Below are positions 13,401 to 26,905 of a stretch of DNA of 64,000 nucleotides, one piece after another. How positions within the stretch are numbered: the first letter of the stretch is position 1; every line of letters begins with the position of its first letter. Below the pieces are notes generated by a model. It did not search any database. It saw only the letters and a program-made list of their open reading frames with translations, and was not told the DNA's origin. This DNA comes from Antedon mediterranea (lineage: Eukaryota > Animalia > Echinodermata): NCBI RefSeq assembly GCF_964355755.1, contig NC_092675.1:18262912-18326911 (forward strand), read 5' to 3'. Position numbers and translations under genes: made by a program.

Positions 13401-16400
13401 ATTATTTATTTTACTTGATCAACATCATTTTTCTTTTATTTTTGGTGTTTATAATCAAATTATGCTGTCGTTTGTCCTGTGTTTGCTTGTTTGCTTGTTT
13501 GTTTGTTTGCTTGGGTATAAGCCTGGAAATTTGATCCTTTAATTTTAAATTGGCCAGTTAAAATATGAATGTCCTTGTGTTGCTAAATCTTGCAAAAAGA
13601 TCTGTCCATGTTTATAAAAAATATGACATCACTAAGGAAAAGATAATATTCTTGTTTTTTATTTGCCGTTTAAAAGGAAATAATTGCGCATGATTTGGTA
13701 ATTACAAATTTGATAATTTAATGTTTTTAAATGATAGCAATGCATATTAATGTTATCAATAATGCAATATTCCAATAATTTTCGTTAAAACTATTTTTTT
13801 TACAGCTTTAAAGTGTAAATTAGAAATACTCGCTTTAAACATCAACAAATCATTATTTTATTAGTAAAAAGGTTCATCTGGATCACTGTATAGTATATTA
13901 AATAGTAAATTTTCTTTTGGATGATCCAAAGTCGAATAAAATTCGTAAACTTACGTTTTTTACTCTAGCTTTCGCTGGTCAATGACGCAGCTAAATCATG
14001 AGTGATTCTCTGTGACTTGGACTTGTTACCATTAGATCTCGTATATGATATAGCGCCAAAAGGTATGTTGACGACATATTAGCTCTCATTCCAGAAGGAT
14101 CAGCGGAACCTCTTAACTCACACTTAAACACAATTGACAAAACAGGTAACTGAGCATATGTCTAACAATACATTACCTTTCTTAGACATCATAATTACAC
14201 TGAACAATGGAGACCTGACGACGACAGTTTACAGAAAAAAGACCCACACAGACCAATAATTAAATTTTCACTCCTGCCATCCATTGGAACATAAGTTAAG
14301 TGTGGTTAACACTCTGGTTGACAGATGTGAAAAAGTTGTCACGAAAAAGCATATATAGGAGAAACAGCCAGAACCTTATCCACAAGGATAAAAGAACACA
14401 AAGCAGATTTCACTTCACATTGTACAGGGATCCTAACACGTTCAGCCAGAAATTCAGCTTCAGAAATTGTTCACAACTCAGCCATCACCGATCACATGAC
14501 CACTCACACTCATTTACCAAATTGGAACGTAAAAATACTGGGCACAGAATCGTCATGGAAAGACAGGAAAATAAAAGAATCAATAAAAATAAGAAAACAT
14601 GGTAACACTATGAACAGAGACGACGGTGGTTTGGAACTCCCAAAATTGTACAACAACTTACTAAAGAGGAGGCACCGACAATCCCATTTGGGAAAACCTG
14701 AACGATCTATAGATGGCGCTATACCATATACGAGATCTAATGGTAACAAGTCCAAGTCACAGAGACTCACTCATGATTAAGCTGCGTCGTTGACCAGCGA
14801 AAGCTAAAGTAAAAAACGTAGGTTTACGAATTTTATTCGACTTTGGATCATCCAAAAGAAAATTTACTATTTAATATACAAATCATTATTATCGGAGTTT
14901 ATATTGTTTTATTTATTTGTTTTATTTCACCCATCAGCGAGTAACTCGCCAATTACAGGATGGATTTAATAATTGCTTATTAAAACTAAGTCTCATTTGA
15001 GGCTTTGGGAGTGGAGTTGAAAGTGTTACAACTCTGGCATTAGGTCAGGATTGAACCCCAGATCTCGGATCTTGCCAGATTACAAGGCAAGTTGTAGCAA
15101 GTTTCAAGTTTCAATTTATTTATCAAACACAAAAAGTAAAACAGGTGATAAAATAAGAAGCATTGTAAACGAAAAGAAGACCAATAAGAGCATAGCTTGT
15201 AACAGATGGTCACTACACGCTGTTACACCATCAAACTTTATGTGACAAAAAAATGTGATGTGCCCATACATAGATATGATGATGTCATATCACTACCATC
15301 TTTGGTCATATCACTACCATATTTGGGTACATCACACTTTTTTGTCAAACTGGTTTGATAGTGTAGACAGAGCTTTATATTCCTCATTTGACAGATTCTG
15401 AAGTGAAAAACAGTCACACACAGTCACACACAGTCAACACAGATTCCCTGCAGAATAAATGATGTGTTTATTAATTTAATATATGTCAATAATAATAATT
15501 TGTCAGTAGAAACAAAGAAGTAAATGCAACATGTTAAATTGTAAGATTAAGCGAACCATTACAATTGAATTAAATATGGGTTTCAATGAACTTATTTAAA
15601 CTATTAAAATAACATTATTTGAACATTTTTTTAAATAGGAAAAGGAAAAAATATAGTATGAATGACAAATCATTTTATTACTTCAAGTTCAAGTTCATTC
15701 ATGAAGATTTTGAAAGGAGATAAAAACATTATGGTCAGAAATCATTCCTAAAAATGGCATTGACTTGTCCTACTAATAGCACCTGCTGTGGCTATCTTCA
15801 TCAATTGCTTCTTTTATTTGATTCCCATGGTACTTCACAGCCCTTTCTATCTTTTTTCGTTTGTATTGTGACACAAATCCGAACCCTTTGAGACGCCTGT
15901 CTATTTCGTAGCACAAGAAACTCCTCGTGAATGACAACTCATTAACCAAATTAAACCCTTCTCCCTTCTATAGAAGCATTCAAAAACATAATTTAATTAT
16001 TACATTTTTAAAAATGTAATCCTATTTGTTTAGACATTTAATTTTTTAGTTATCTGTCAAATTAGATAATTGTGGTAAGTGTTTAAATTCGACAGTAGTT
16101 TGACTGCAGTGTTCAAACCTGTTTTGAAAATGTTTCAACATGTTCACAGGTCGCAATGTCAACTGAAGTATTTTCAATCATAATTGTATTGTTTTTAGCT
16201 AGTGACAAGTTGTTCTTGTGTAGCATCTTGCTGTCTACCCAAAGGATTCGCTATTCCCGTGATTCACAGGGTAACTTGATGCTACCAGAAGGGGGTTACT
16301 TCCCAGGAGATCTTGCCGGAACCTTTCTGTAAAAAAAATCTGAAATGACTCCTTTGGCGCTATTCTGTTGACAGAAACACTAATTATTTCTGTGAATTAA

Positions 16401-19400
16401 TTGAAAATTTGTTTGACTTGAAGTGTGTTATAGGCATGCATCTGTTGTAGTAATTATGTTAGAAAAAGAAGCATTTAATGAGACATACTATTTCAGAAGA
16501 AAAGTTTGTTAAACTTTGTTACATGCCAGCATTTTTATTATACTTAGGATTTAAAGCCCTATGTCTATTATGATGATATTTAATTGTGTACTTTAAAGTA
16601 GCCAAGTTTAGTACTAAATGTCATTTAGCCCTGCATCAATAAATTTAACCAATGGTTTTTATCCTGGTGGATATATATGTATGTCTTTTTCTATGTCTAC
16701 ATGTTGTACATTAGCAAAATGAAAGTTGATTGTCATATCTTTATTACTCTCTTGAAGTACTTCTATTGTGGAGAAAACTGTTATAATCTCATTTTCACTA
16801 TTTAAAAAAGATGTTTTTGGTCTTTTTTGTTTCAGTTTCTTTTACTTTGTGATTTCATTGAACTGAAAAAAAACTATGAAATGAAAGAGGATGCTTTTAA
16901 TAGCTTTTAGAAAGTTCATATTAGAGACAGGAATTTGTAGATTTGTGATGACTATTTTAAATGTCTTTATAACTTGAGTTATTAATTTAGTATCTGCACT
17001 ATACTTACTACTGCACATCCGCGTAAAAAAATCTTGACAAAGTTAGCAGAAATTTACAAGATGACAAGGACAAGATGTAATAATTGTTACTCATAGATCC
17101 AAAAGAATTAATGTAATTATATAAAAACGCATTTCTATGTTTAAAAGTAGAATATTTTAATCTTTTGATCTTGCCCTCACTCCATGAATTAGTGATACCC
17201 GTGTTTAGTGCATGTTTTTCTAATCTCTCTACTGATTTGTCGATGTACTATTCCCTTGGTTTACCCGCTTGCTAATTTTAGCAGATTATTGGGAAATCTC
17301 CTAGTTATAAGAGAGTCTAATCTTCTCCATTACATGTAACATATATCCTGACAAACATGGAAAACTTTCCTGATATTTCAATATCTAAGATAATAATTTT
17401 CGTATCTTGTAACACTCTTTGTCAATCACGAACGCATAATTTTACATGGAAATATTTAGGTTACAAACATTTTTCACTAATTGTATATTTCACTCTATTC
17501 AATATATATTTCTGTCAATCATACATTAATACATACAAACTGTGCTGCATTTTAAAATAAATTAACCATTGATCTTCTTGAGTCACAAGTTGTGTAAATG
17601 CTAGATGATCTGTAGGAACCAGACGGAGAAACATCCTCAGTCTAAACTTTATGTGGAAAAAAATGATATGACCATATATGGACATGATGATGTCATATCA
17701 CTACCATATTTGGCCATATCACTACCATATTTGGACACATGACACTTTTTTTGTCAAACTAGTTTGATAGAGTAAGCAGAGCAACATTATGCAAAGTAGC
17801 CCAGGTGGAGTGTTCAAACAAACCTCCCTTTTTTTACTGAAGCACCATTTTCAAACTAGCAGCAGATGTGATTGTAAATACAGTAGGCCTTGCTTGTGAA
17901 GATTTTATCCCCTTTTGTGGCAGCATGAACTGCCTGTAAAAACCTTGGTGACAAGTTTCTTGTGCTACATATTGTTTTGTTGGTGTTTGCGCATGTTATA
18001 TTGATATTTAGAAAAAAAATTATAATGAATCTTAATCTTTTAAAAAATTATGCCAAGTAGGCAAGTGGCATTTAAAAAGCAAAACAAACATTTGAATATA
18101 TTACATTACTGTTAAAGATAAAGACCTTGAAGTATCTTCCATGATTACGAAGTGATATGCCATTCCTATGGGAATATACATAGGAAGGGAATAATTTAAA
18201 AGGAAAATCGATGTTGGCCTATTGTTGAGTCATTTTAACACTATTGGATATTTTCTGTCATGAGGGGTTTAATTTTAAACAATTTTGATCGTAAGATCAA
18301 ATCTCTTTGCACATTTTATTTGTATCATCAAGTTTGGAAGTAACTATAATAGGCATTGAGAAGACAGTTATAAAGTTGGGGTGAAACTACAACAGACATT
18401 AGCGAAGACAGAATTATAGCGAATCATTTCCAAATTGAGTTAACTAGTGGCCATGGAATTTCAATGATTAAATTAAACAACCACAGCTCTGCCAAATATT
18501 TGTTTTTTGTAATATATAAATTTACAACAAAAGCATAATACACCCATCTGTATGAAAATATTGATTTTTGAAAAAAAAAAATTGGAAAAGGATAGCCACA
18601 AATCAACACTTCTGTGTATAATTAACATTAATATTACCTCTGACATGTCACTTGAATAATATGAATTTTTTTCAACCAAGGTTTATACTTCAAGTTGTAA
18701 TTTCATCAAATCATAACCAAATTGAGAAATACAAAATGACATGATAATTTTCTACTACTGTAATTCTAAAAAATTTTAGCAAAAAATAACGTCCTGATCA
18801 ATTCAATATCTGTCCAAAAATAAAACTTTTTTTCCTTGGTATATTCCCTACAGATTTCAAATCTGCAGGGTTTTCATGATTCATTTGTCTGCGGTTCCGC
18901 ATGGATTAATTTGTGCAGGCCTCTGTAAAACATGGCTTCAATCCATGTGACTGGCTCGAGAAATTTTGTTGGAACCTGATGGAGGCCTAGTTTTGATATG
19001 TTTTAACAGTAGGTCTGTGTGCTACTGTTCTTTTCCTAGCTGTTATAGTGACCATGTGCAAACTAAATAACACCATATCCTAAGAGCAACTGTTCAATGA
19101 AAGGAACTAAATTATGTTTTTTGTCTTTTTTTTTTTGAATAAAATATGTTGTGACACAGTACAGTAATGAAACAATGAAAGAAAATCAAACCTACTCGTT
19201 AAAAAAATATATTATATTTTCGACAAATCTTCTGTAGAAAATAATTAGTAATGTTATAAATGTTAATAATTTGTGAAGAAAATCATTTGAACCATTGATA
19301 TCACACACTGTTTATTCCTAGTTTTCATAAAGTTAATAATAATTGGATCAATGGAGACCTGGAAAGATCGGTGTTGTATAGACTAGAGAGTGAAAGTGAA

Positions 19401-22400
19401 AAGGAAACCGAACTAGCATGCTATAGGCATGGGTTCGATCCAGTCTACTATATTGATTGTATCCTAGGTAAGATGCTTTATCCTCATCGTCCATTGGATG
19501 GGATTTAAAGCAGTTGGTCTTGTGTAGATACATTGAATGTTCGTTCAAAGAACCTACACTATTCGGAAAGAGCAGGAGATCGTCTCTTGGTGTGATAATC
19601 ATATGAGTATGCGCTGCACTGTTAACTGTCATTGGTTCGTAGAGGGCCTAATCCGGATTTCCTCAGTTTTCAGTTAAACTTGAGGATGATAATAATACCT
19701 TTATCTAATATTTTTAGCTGTAAAACCATGACAGTTTTTATCTGTTCAAATTTCAGGGGAGAATTCAAGAGCGTTCCAGCTGACCCAGACCCCTTTTAAA
19801 TTTCACAAATTTTAATGCAAAAAATAGGATATAAAATTAAGTTCAGCACTTCATTTCTCTACTTCTGGACTTTAGACACTCCCCCTGCTATTTCAACATC
19901 CTGGATCTGCCACTGAATGTTTTAATGTACATTCCTTTTCCCTAAAATGTTTTGCAAAACATTCTTTCACTAAACATTGATAATAGCTTGCATTATATTT
20001 CATACCCAATTTCATAGTCAATTAGGTAAAGGTAGACGTACCCTGTCTCAGAGACACTTGGGTCCTGCTTTGACAGAGCTTTTGTTAAATGGTTGAAGGC
20101 TGTTCATGTTCTAGTCAAATTAATGTCAAACTGTCATTCCCCATGAGCCCAGTTTGTGGCAAGTTCACTGAATAGTAATGTTCTACAAATTTGTTTATCT
20201 TTTTACATACCAGGTACACATTTTTACACACCTTTTAGTCACTGTGGAATTAAAGATATATTGTCTTCCTGAAAAAATAATTTAAAAAAAACGTTATTTG
20301 TTGAATTGGCCATTTTTAAGAATCATTCACTTTGAACAATAATTTGATTTTAAAAATCTGATTCTCCTCAATTCTGTTGAAGTACTGGTTATTTGATAGA
20401 AATGTGTTTTTAAAATGCTCTTTAACAATTTACCAGACTTTATTTATACTTAGTAAATAATATATAACACCTAACTAAACTACTATATATTTAAGTAATA
20501 TTGGATACCGGTTTATCTTTTTATTGGCAGAAAGCTCAGTGCAATAGGACAGTACAATGCATAGGTTTACCAGGAGCACCAGGCAAACCTGGTATGGTTG
20601 TAAGTATAGCTTTATGAATGATCTTTTTATATTAAGAAAATTATTGTTAAAATTGTTTGAGATTTTAATGTACTAAAGAGGTTGTAAAGCATGATAATTA
20701 GGCATATTGGACATTATGTATACTAAAAAGAAAGAGAGAAAACTAATAATAAATAAAAAAAAAATCTCTATTTAATGATGTCTTTAACTTTCCTTCTTTT
20801 AGGGTTCAAGAGGTTCCAGAGGATTCCCAGGTTTTCCGGTTTGTGCATCCTTCCAGACATTCTCAATCATACGCAGCAAACTTTTTACTATATACTACCC
20901 TTTTTTGACTTGCATGTCGTTCTTTATAAATTCTATTTAGTATGTATGAAATATAGTACCCATAAAAATGTTCCAGGTGTTTAATTCAGAGAGAGTTTTA
21001 AATAAATAAATATAAGTGTTGACTGATCTCTTAAAATGAAACACGATTCTGCTTTTGTTGTTTAAAGAAATGTTGAACTGATTTTAAGTGTTTGCATTAG
21101 ATAGCATTTATCATCTATATGTATTTTAAGTTGTTGGTTTTCTGATGCCTTTACATTTAAAATCTTTAACATGTGTTGTATTCTTTTATTTATTGTTCAT
21201 TATAAAATTATTTATTGTTTTTTTGTCTTTTTTCAGGGTCCAATAGGCGGAGATGTAAGTAAATATTTCTAGATATTTTATTTAAAATTCGAGTAGCCTC
21301 TTCATTCAAAAGTGAGGAAAGTGACAAAAATAGAGAGTAAAACTGTGATATTTGTTGATGTATGACTAGGCACTGCTGTGACTATTTGTTTGAGATTAAG
21401 CTCAGATTGTGTTGAGTCCAATTCATGAACATATCCACCATGTATTCAGTACAAAATTATGTGAAAATCTTCTATATGATTTACAGTAGTAGCCTACTCC
21501 TACTTGAATGCAAATACAAATAATTTATTGTTATTAACTGCTATTTATTATATCCATTCCTAATAACTTGTTTTTCTTTTATCTTGTAGGGTCCTCCAGG
21601 ATTTCCAGGGTCTATCGGATTACCAGTAAGTACAGTATTTAACATTCATTTTATATTTATGTATTTATATTTTCTAATTCTTAATTAACTAATTAATTTT
21701 GTAATTTTTATGTTAAATTGGATCTATCAATTAAGCCAATTTTATGTTACCAAACAATACTCACAGTAGTTATATTAACTTTGTAAAAAGAAACATTATA
21801 GAACAAAATTATTGGTATACATTCAAATACTAATTGAATGATTGTTAAATCTATTAACCTGCCCTGAAGTAAAAAAATGATTTCAATAATAGATTGTGTG
21901 ATTAGATGTTTAGTTTAAATAGTTTGTATACTATTTGAAATGTACTGATATTTGTGTGTAGAGCCAGGGCCGCTAACTAGATGTTTGGAGAGGACGTTTC
22001 TTATTTCTTGTCTTATTTCCCTCGTGATCAAAGCTGTCATGAATATAGACCTTAATAATCTCTGTATGATGACAAGTAACATAAACCAATGCCCTAACTG
22101 TTTTCAGAAATTGAACAAAACATGCTTGGGAAAATTGAAATAATCTGCTGATTTCCACTACAAAACGTTGAATAATAGAACAGGACACAAATGAAAAAGT
22201 AATGACATAGGATTAAATAAAATTTGAAAAAAAATAAAAAAAGTATCTTGTTGTTGATCATTTTACTATTTCTGTTTCTCCTCCTCACAGGGAAAAGATG
22301 GTATAAATGGATCGGCTGGTGAAATGGGTGAAAAGGGTCCAAAGGTAAATTTATATTTTTATCTGTAGGCCAGAAATACCTTGAATATACCTTGAACCGT

Positions 22401-25400
22401 AGGACTTTGAGAACTTTGGCCCTCCATTGTCATCAATGAGAACTCCTCAGTAGCATATGGGCGAAACTTGAGATGGTGGTCAGACCATAACTTTGCAATG
22501 CCGGTTTTGAACTTGTTAATCGTTGGTTCCGTCACAATATGGTTTGGTAGCGAGTTCCAATCATTTATAACTCTAACTGCATATGCTCTTTTTCTAATGT
22601 TTTTATTATATTTGGATTTCGATACCTTAAAAACATTCCCCCTGGTTTGCTGGTATTTAGATCTTTGAAATAATTTTCCTGCCTCGATATTATCAAATTT
22701 ATGAAAGATTTTAAAAGTTTGAATTAAATCCATTCTTTTCTTTCTAAAGGCTAAGATAGGCAAATCCAATAACTTCAATCTCTCTGCATATGGCTTACTC
22801 CTCAATTCAGACACTAACCTTGTGGATCTCTGTTGGACTTTTTCTAAAGGATTGTAATCTTTCTGACACAGTGGTGTCCATAAACTACCACCATATTCCA
22901 ATATAGGTCTGATCATAGATTTGTACAGATACATATAACTCATACTATCAAGAAATGTATCTTCACAGATTTTTAAACGAAAAGAAAGATTAAAATACAT
23001 GTTATTAATCTGGATTTTTTATGATTTTATGGTATTCTATTTCATATTATATCTTTTTAAGATTATATATTTTAACAATTAAGTTTTATTTACCATAGGG
23101 AGACAAAGGAGAAGATGGAAAATCAGGTCCTATGGTAAGCATAACACTACAATATAATAGAACTCTTAGCAGGCAATATCTGTATAAAAATAATAATGGT
23201 TGACATTTATATAGCCTTACAAATGTTTCTGAACACTTTACATCATACTTATATAGCTCTTTATACAAGTGTCAAAGTTCAGTTGACTAAATATATAATA
23301 ACTTTCATCACCCTTAATAATAAGATGATAGAAAAAAATTAGTGTTATAAAACTTACTTTAAAATGAATCAAAAGAGGTTGAAAGTTTGACAAATTGTTG
23401 GAGATCTTTCCAAAAAGAGGATAAAAAAATAGCAATGATTTGACAAGAAGATGGAACACATCGAGGCACAAGTTGGGTGATATTAGATGTATGAGAAAAG
23501 AATAAAGCATTAAATCAAAGAATCTCTACATGTCGAACTGCCACCAAGAGGCGCACATTTGTCTGTCAACAACAATAATAAATAATAAATGGTTTTGTTT
23601 TTACAAGTGATGATTAACATTTACATCATTTACATTAATAGGGACCTCCTGGCTCACTTGAGCTTCAGTTAAAGGGTGAACCTGGTGAGCCTGGCCTACC
23701 TGGACTCAAGGGAGACCTAGGTATTGGAAAGATGGGCCCACCTGGAAAACCAGGTGCACCAGGATTACAAGTAAGTATTATTTAATTTCCTAGGATCTGT
23801 ATTATCATTAAATCATGTAATGCTTTTCTAGGTTCAATGTGTTTACATTACAGAGTAGCTTTTGCTGTTCTTTCCTACTTCTGTTTCTATAAATAATATT
23901 TATATTTAATGATCCAGCACTCGGAAACAAATAGAAGAATTGGAAATAATGCTAATATATAATAATAAATGATTAGTTTTGCCTCAGCTGATATTTTGAT
24001 ATTATGTACCAAACATTTCTATGTTGATGTGTGCCTATATGATGTTGTGGTTTGTGGATTAGTCCATTATTGTAAAAGAATATGCAAAGAACTTTTTGTA
24101 TTATACAAGTGAGAGCTAGGAGAGCACAGATTGTTGTCGGTTTATCCAGGTAAATATTCTGTATCTTTAGTTTATATGCTAAAATTTAAATAAATAAATA
24201 TAATATCCTTAATAACTATTAAAATTCTATTTTACAGGGATCAGATGGAGCACCAGGAAAGCCAGTAAGTGTAGAATATTTTAGACTTATTAAATATCAT
24301 TGCATGTAATACTAGTGATATGCTAGGAAGAAAAGAATCATTATCAAAAGACAGTAATATAAAATAAATATCTTGGATTGACCATAGAAAGCACCTCAAT
24401 CTCAACACGTTTCTCCCTCCCCCATGCATTTAAACATTTAGAAGAAAAATAGACCTAAAATATCAATTTATTTATTATTGTATAAATATATAAATAATAA
24501 ATGCGGTACATTTCATTTCGAAATCTGAGCTGCACTGACGAGATCTAATACGATCGAAACAGTACTGTCTGCAGATTGGATAAATAATAAATGTATAAAT
24601 TTAACCAGGGCCCGGGTATACTCGATCTCATTGGCATGTATGAAGTAAGGATTTAATTAGCACCATTTCAACAGAACTAATTGTTCTTTATTTGGATTGT
24701 TAATTGATAACTTATTAAATACATCAATTATCAATTTGTAATATTAATGAATCATATTAACTTTAATTAACATCCTTCCTTATTGTATAGAACTTTTGAG
24801 GAGGTCACCACACAGGGCTCTCTCCTTTTTTCAAAGATTAGATTTAATATGTTGAAAGTGGTCATTATCACCCTTTAGTTCAATTATATTGTTTGTTAGA
24901 TCCAGATGTATTACTGTCTTATTTTAATGCTACTTATGATATGCACATGATGATTGAAAGTGAATGATACTATCTGCATTATCTTGTTGAAATGCTACAA
25001 TTTCTGCTTGTTGTCAAATTCATTAGCATTATTTTTTTTGCACGTTATACACATGCTTTATATGCTTGTAGCAAAAGGCAAATCTTTATAATTATACTTG
25101 GAGTATTGGGTCTCATTGGCATATAAAGGTTTTCTGATGCTTATGAGATATTTTATGATGATATAATATTCAAGCAATATTGGTACTATTAAAAAGTTGT
25201 GATTGGTAAATTACTTGCGGTGCACTTACGTTGCATTCAAGTAGTCCAATCAAGCTTTTAACTCCAGTTAAATTAATTTGTAATTTGCTCCAAGAGTCAC
25301 TATACAAAATAGTACTGCTATTTTACATTACATTAGTCACAAAGTCACGTTTGAAAAAGTTCACCATAGCATGATGCAAAGTTTGCTTAGAAACTGCATT

Positions 25401-26867
25401 TCTATATTGCTGCATGTGTGTTATATTTTTTATTGCACCATTCTCTACAGGGTGTTATAGGGCAACCAGGCCTCAATGGTAGTCCGGGTGTTTCCGGTCC
25501 AAAAGGAGAGCAAGGCTCTGTTGGTTTTATTGGTTATCCAGGCCCACAGGGACAACCCGGTCAAAAAGGGGATGTTGGTCTACCAGGTGAAGGTTTACCT
25601 GGTGTTCAAGGACCACCAGGAGGACAAGGACCACCAGGAGAGCAAGGGCCACAAGGAGAGAAAGGGCTGCAAGGAGATCAAGGATATGTTGGCAAACCAG
25701 GTCCATCTGGAGGTTTACCTGGCCCGATGGGTCCACCTGGAGAACAAGGATTACCTGGTGAGCAAGGATTACCTGGAATCAGTGGTCCACCTGGTGATAG
25801 AGGGCTGCCTGGTATGGGAGAAGCAGGTCCGGCTGGAGAACCTGGATTGTCTGGTGAACCTGGCCTACCAGGAATGATAGGTACACCTGGAGAACAGGGC
25901 TTACCTGGACCACAAGGACCAGCTGGTGACATAGGACCACAAGGACCAGCTGGTGAAATAGGTCAAACTGGACCCCAAGGTGATGCTGGCCAACCAGGTT
26001 TGAAAGGAGAACCGGGAATAAAGGGTGAAGTGGGCCAAACAGGGGAGGTGGGAGTTCCAGGAGAAAATGGAGAAAAGGTAGGGATTGGGCCAAGAGCTTG
26101 TTAGATTGATTTAAATATACCTTTCATCACCTGCACATGCATGGTTTTACAGCACTCAATTTAAAGCTGATAAATTTATTTAAAAAAAGTTTGTAATTTG
26201 CTCGTAACTTGAAGCATGCTTTCCATGTTATTTTTTTTTTTCAAAACAAATTATTCATATCTTTGTAAATTCTGAATGTTATGGAGTTATGTAGAAAATT
26301 ACAATAATAATAACTTACAGAATGCACTTAAAGATGTATTGTCCCCCAAAAACATGAAAAATGAAGATTAATTAAATCAGACTTTGAATATGTTATTTTG
26401 TAGTTTGAATAAAGTTAATCACTTCCATAGAAAAAAAAAAAAAAATGTTTTTACCTATAAATTGAGAAAATAAATAGTTAAATTCAACCAAAAACCCACT
26501 GGCTGGCAGCCAATTGGGCCATTTTTTGCTTTAAATTACAGTTTTTTCAGGTAAATACATTTTTTGGTCAAAGTGGATAACTATTATGTTACATTAAAAT
26601 GGCATATTCAACAAAAATGTTGTTAAGAATTATTTTTTCAGGGGGACAATACATCTTTAAATTAAATGAACATTTTAATACATAAAATTTATGAATACTA
26701 AACCACTTTTAATTTTCTACACAACTGCGTATATATTTATATTATTGGAGGATAAATAATATTAATTTTAGTTTTATTTTATAATTCTTATATTATGGAA
26801 TATGCATCACTATGTGTGTGTCCACAAATACTTTATTTATTGATTTCCTGCATACACTGTTTTGATA

Positions 26868-26905
<38 letters not shown>

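Noticed and set aside
16049-16074. Candidate collagen micro-exon ending in gtaagt
   Set aside because: Length is not frame-compatible with flanking phase-0 exons and there is no recognisable peptide.
25476-26093. Overlapping ORFs in other frames and strands of the large collagen exon
   Set aside because: Shadow ORFs caused by Gly-X-Y codon periodicity.
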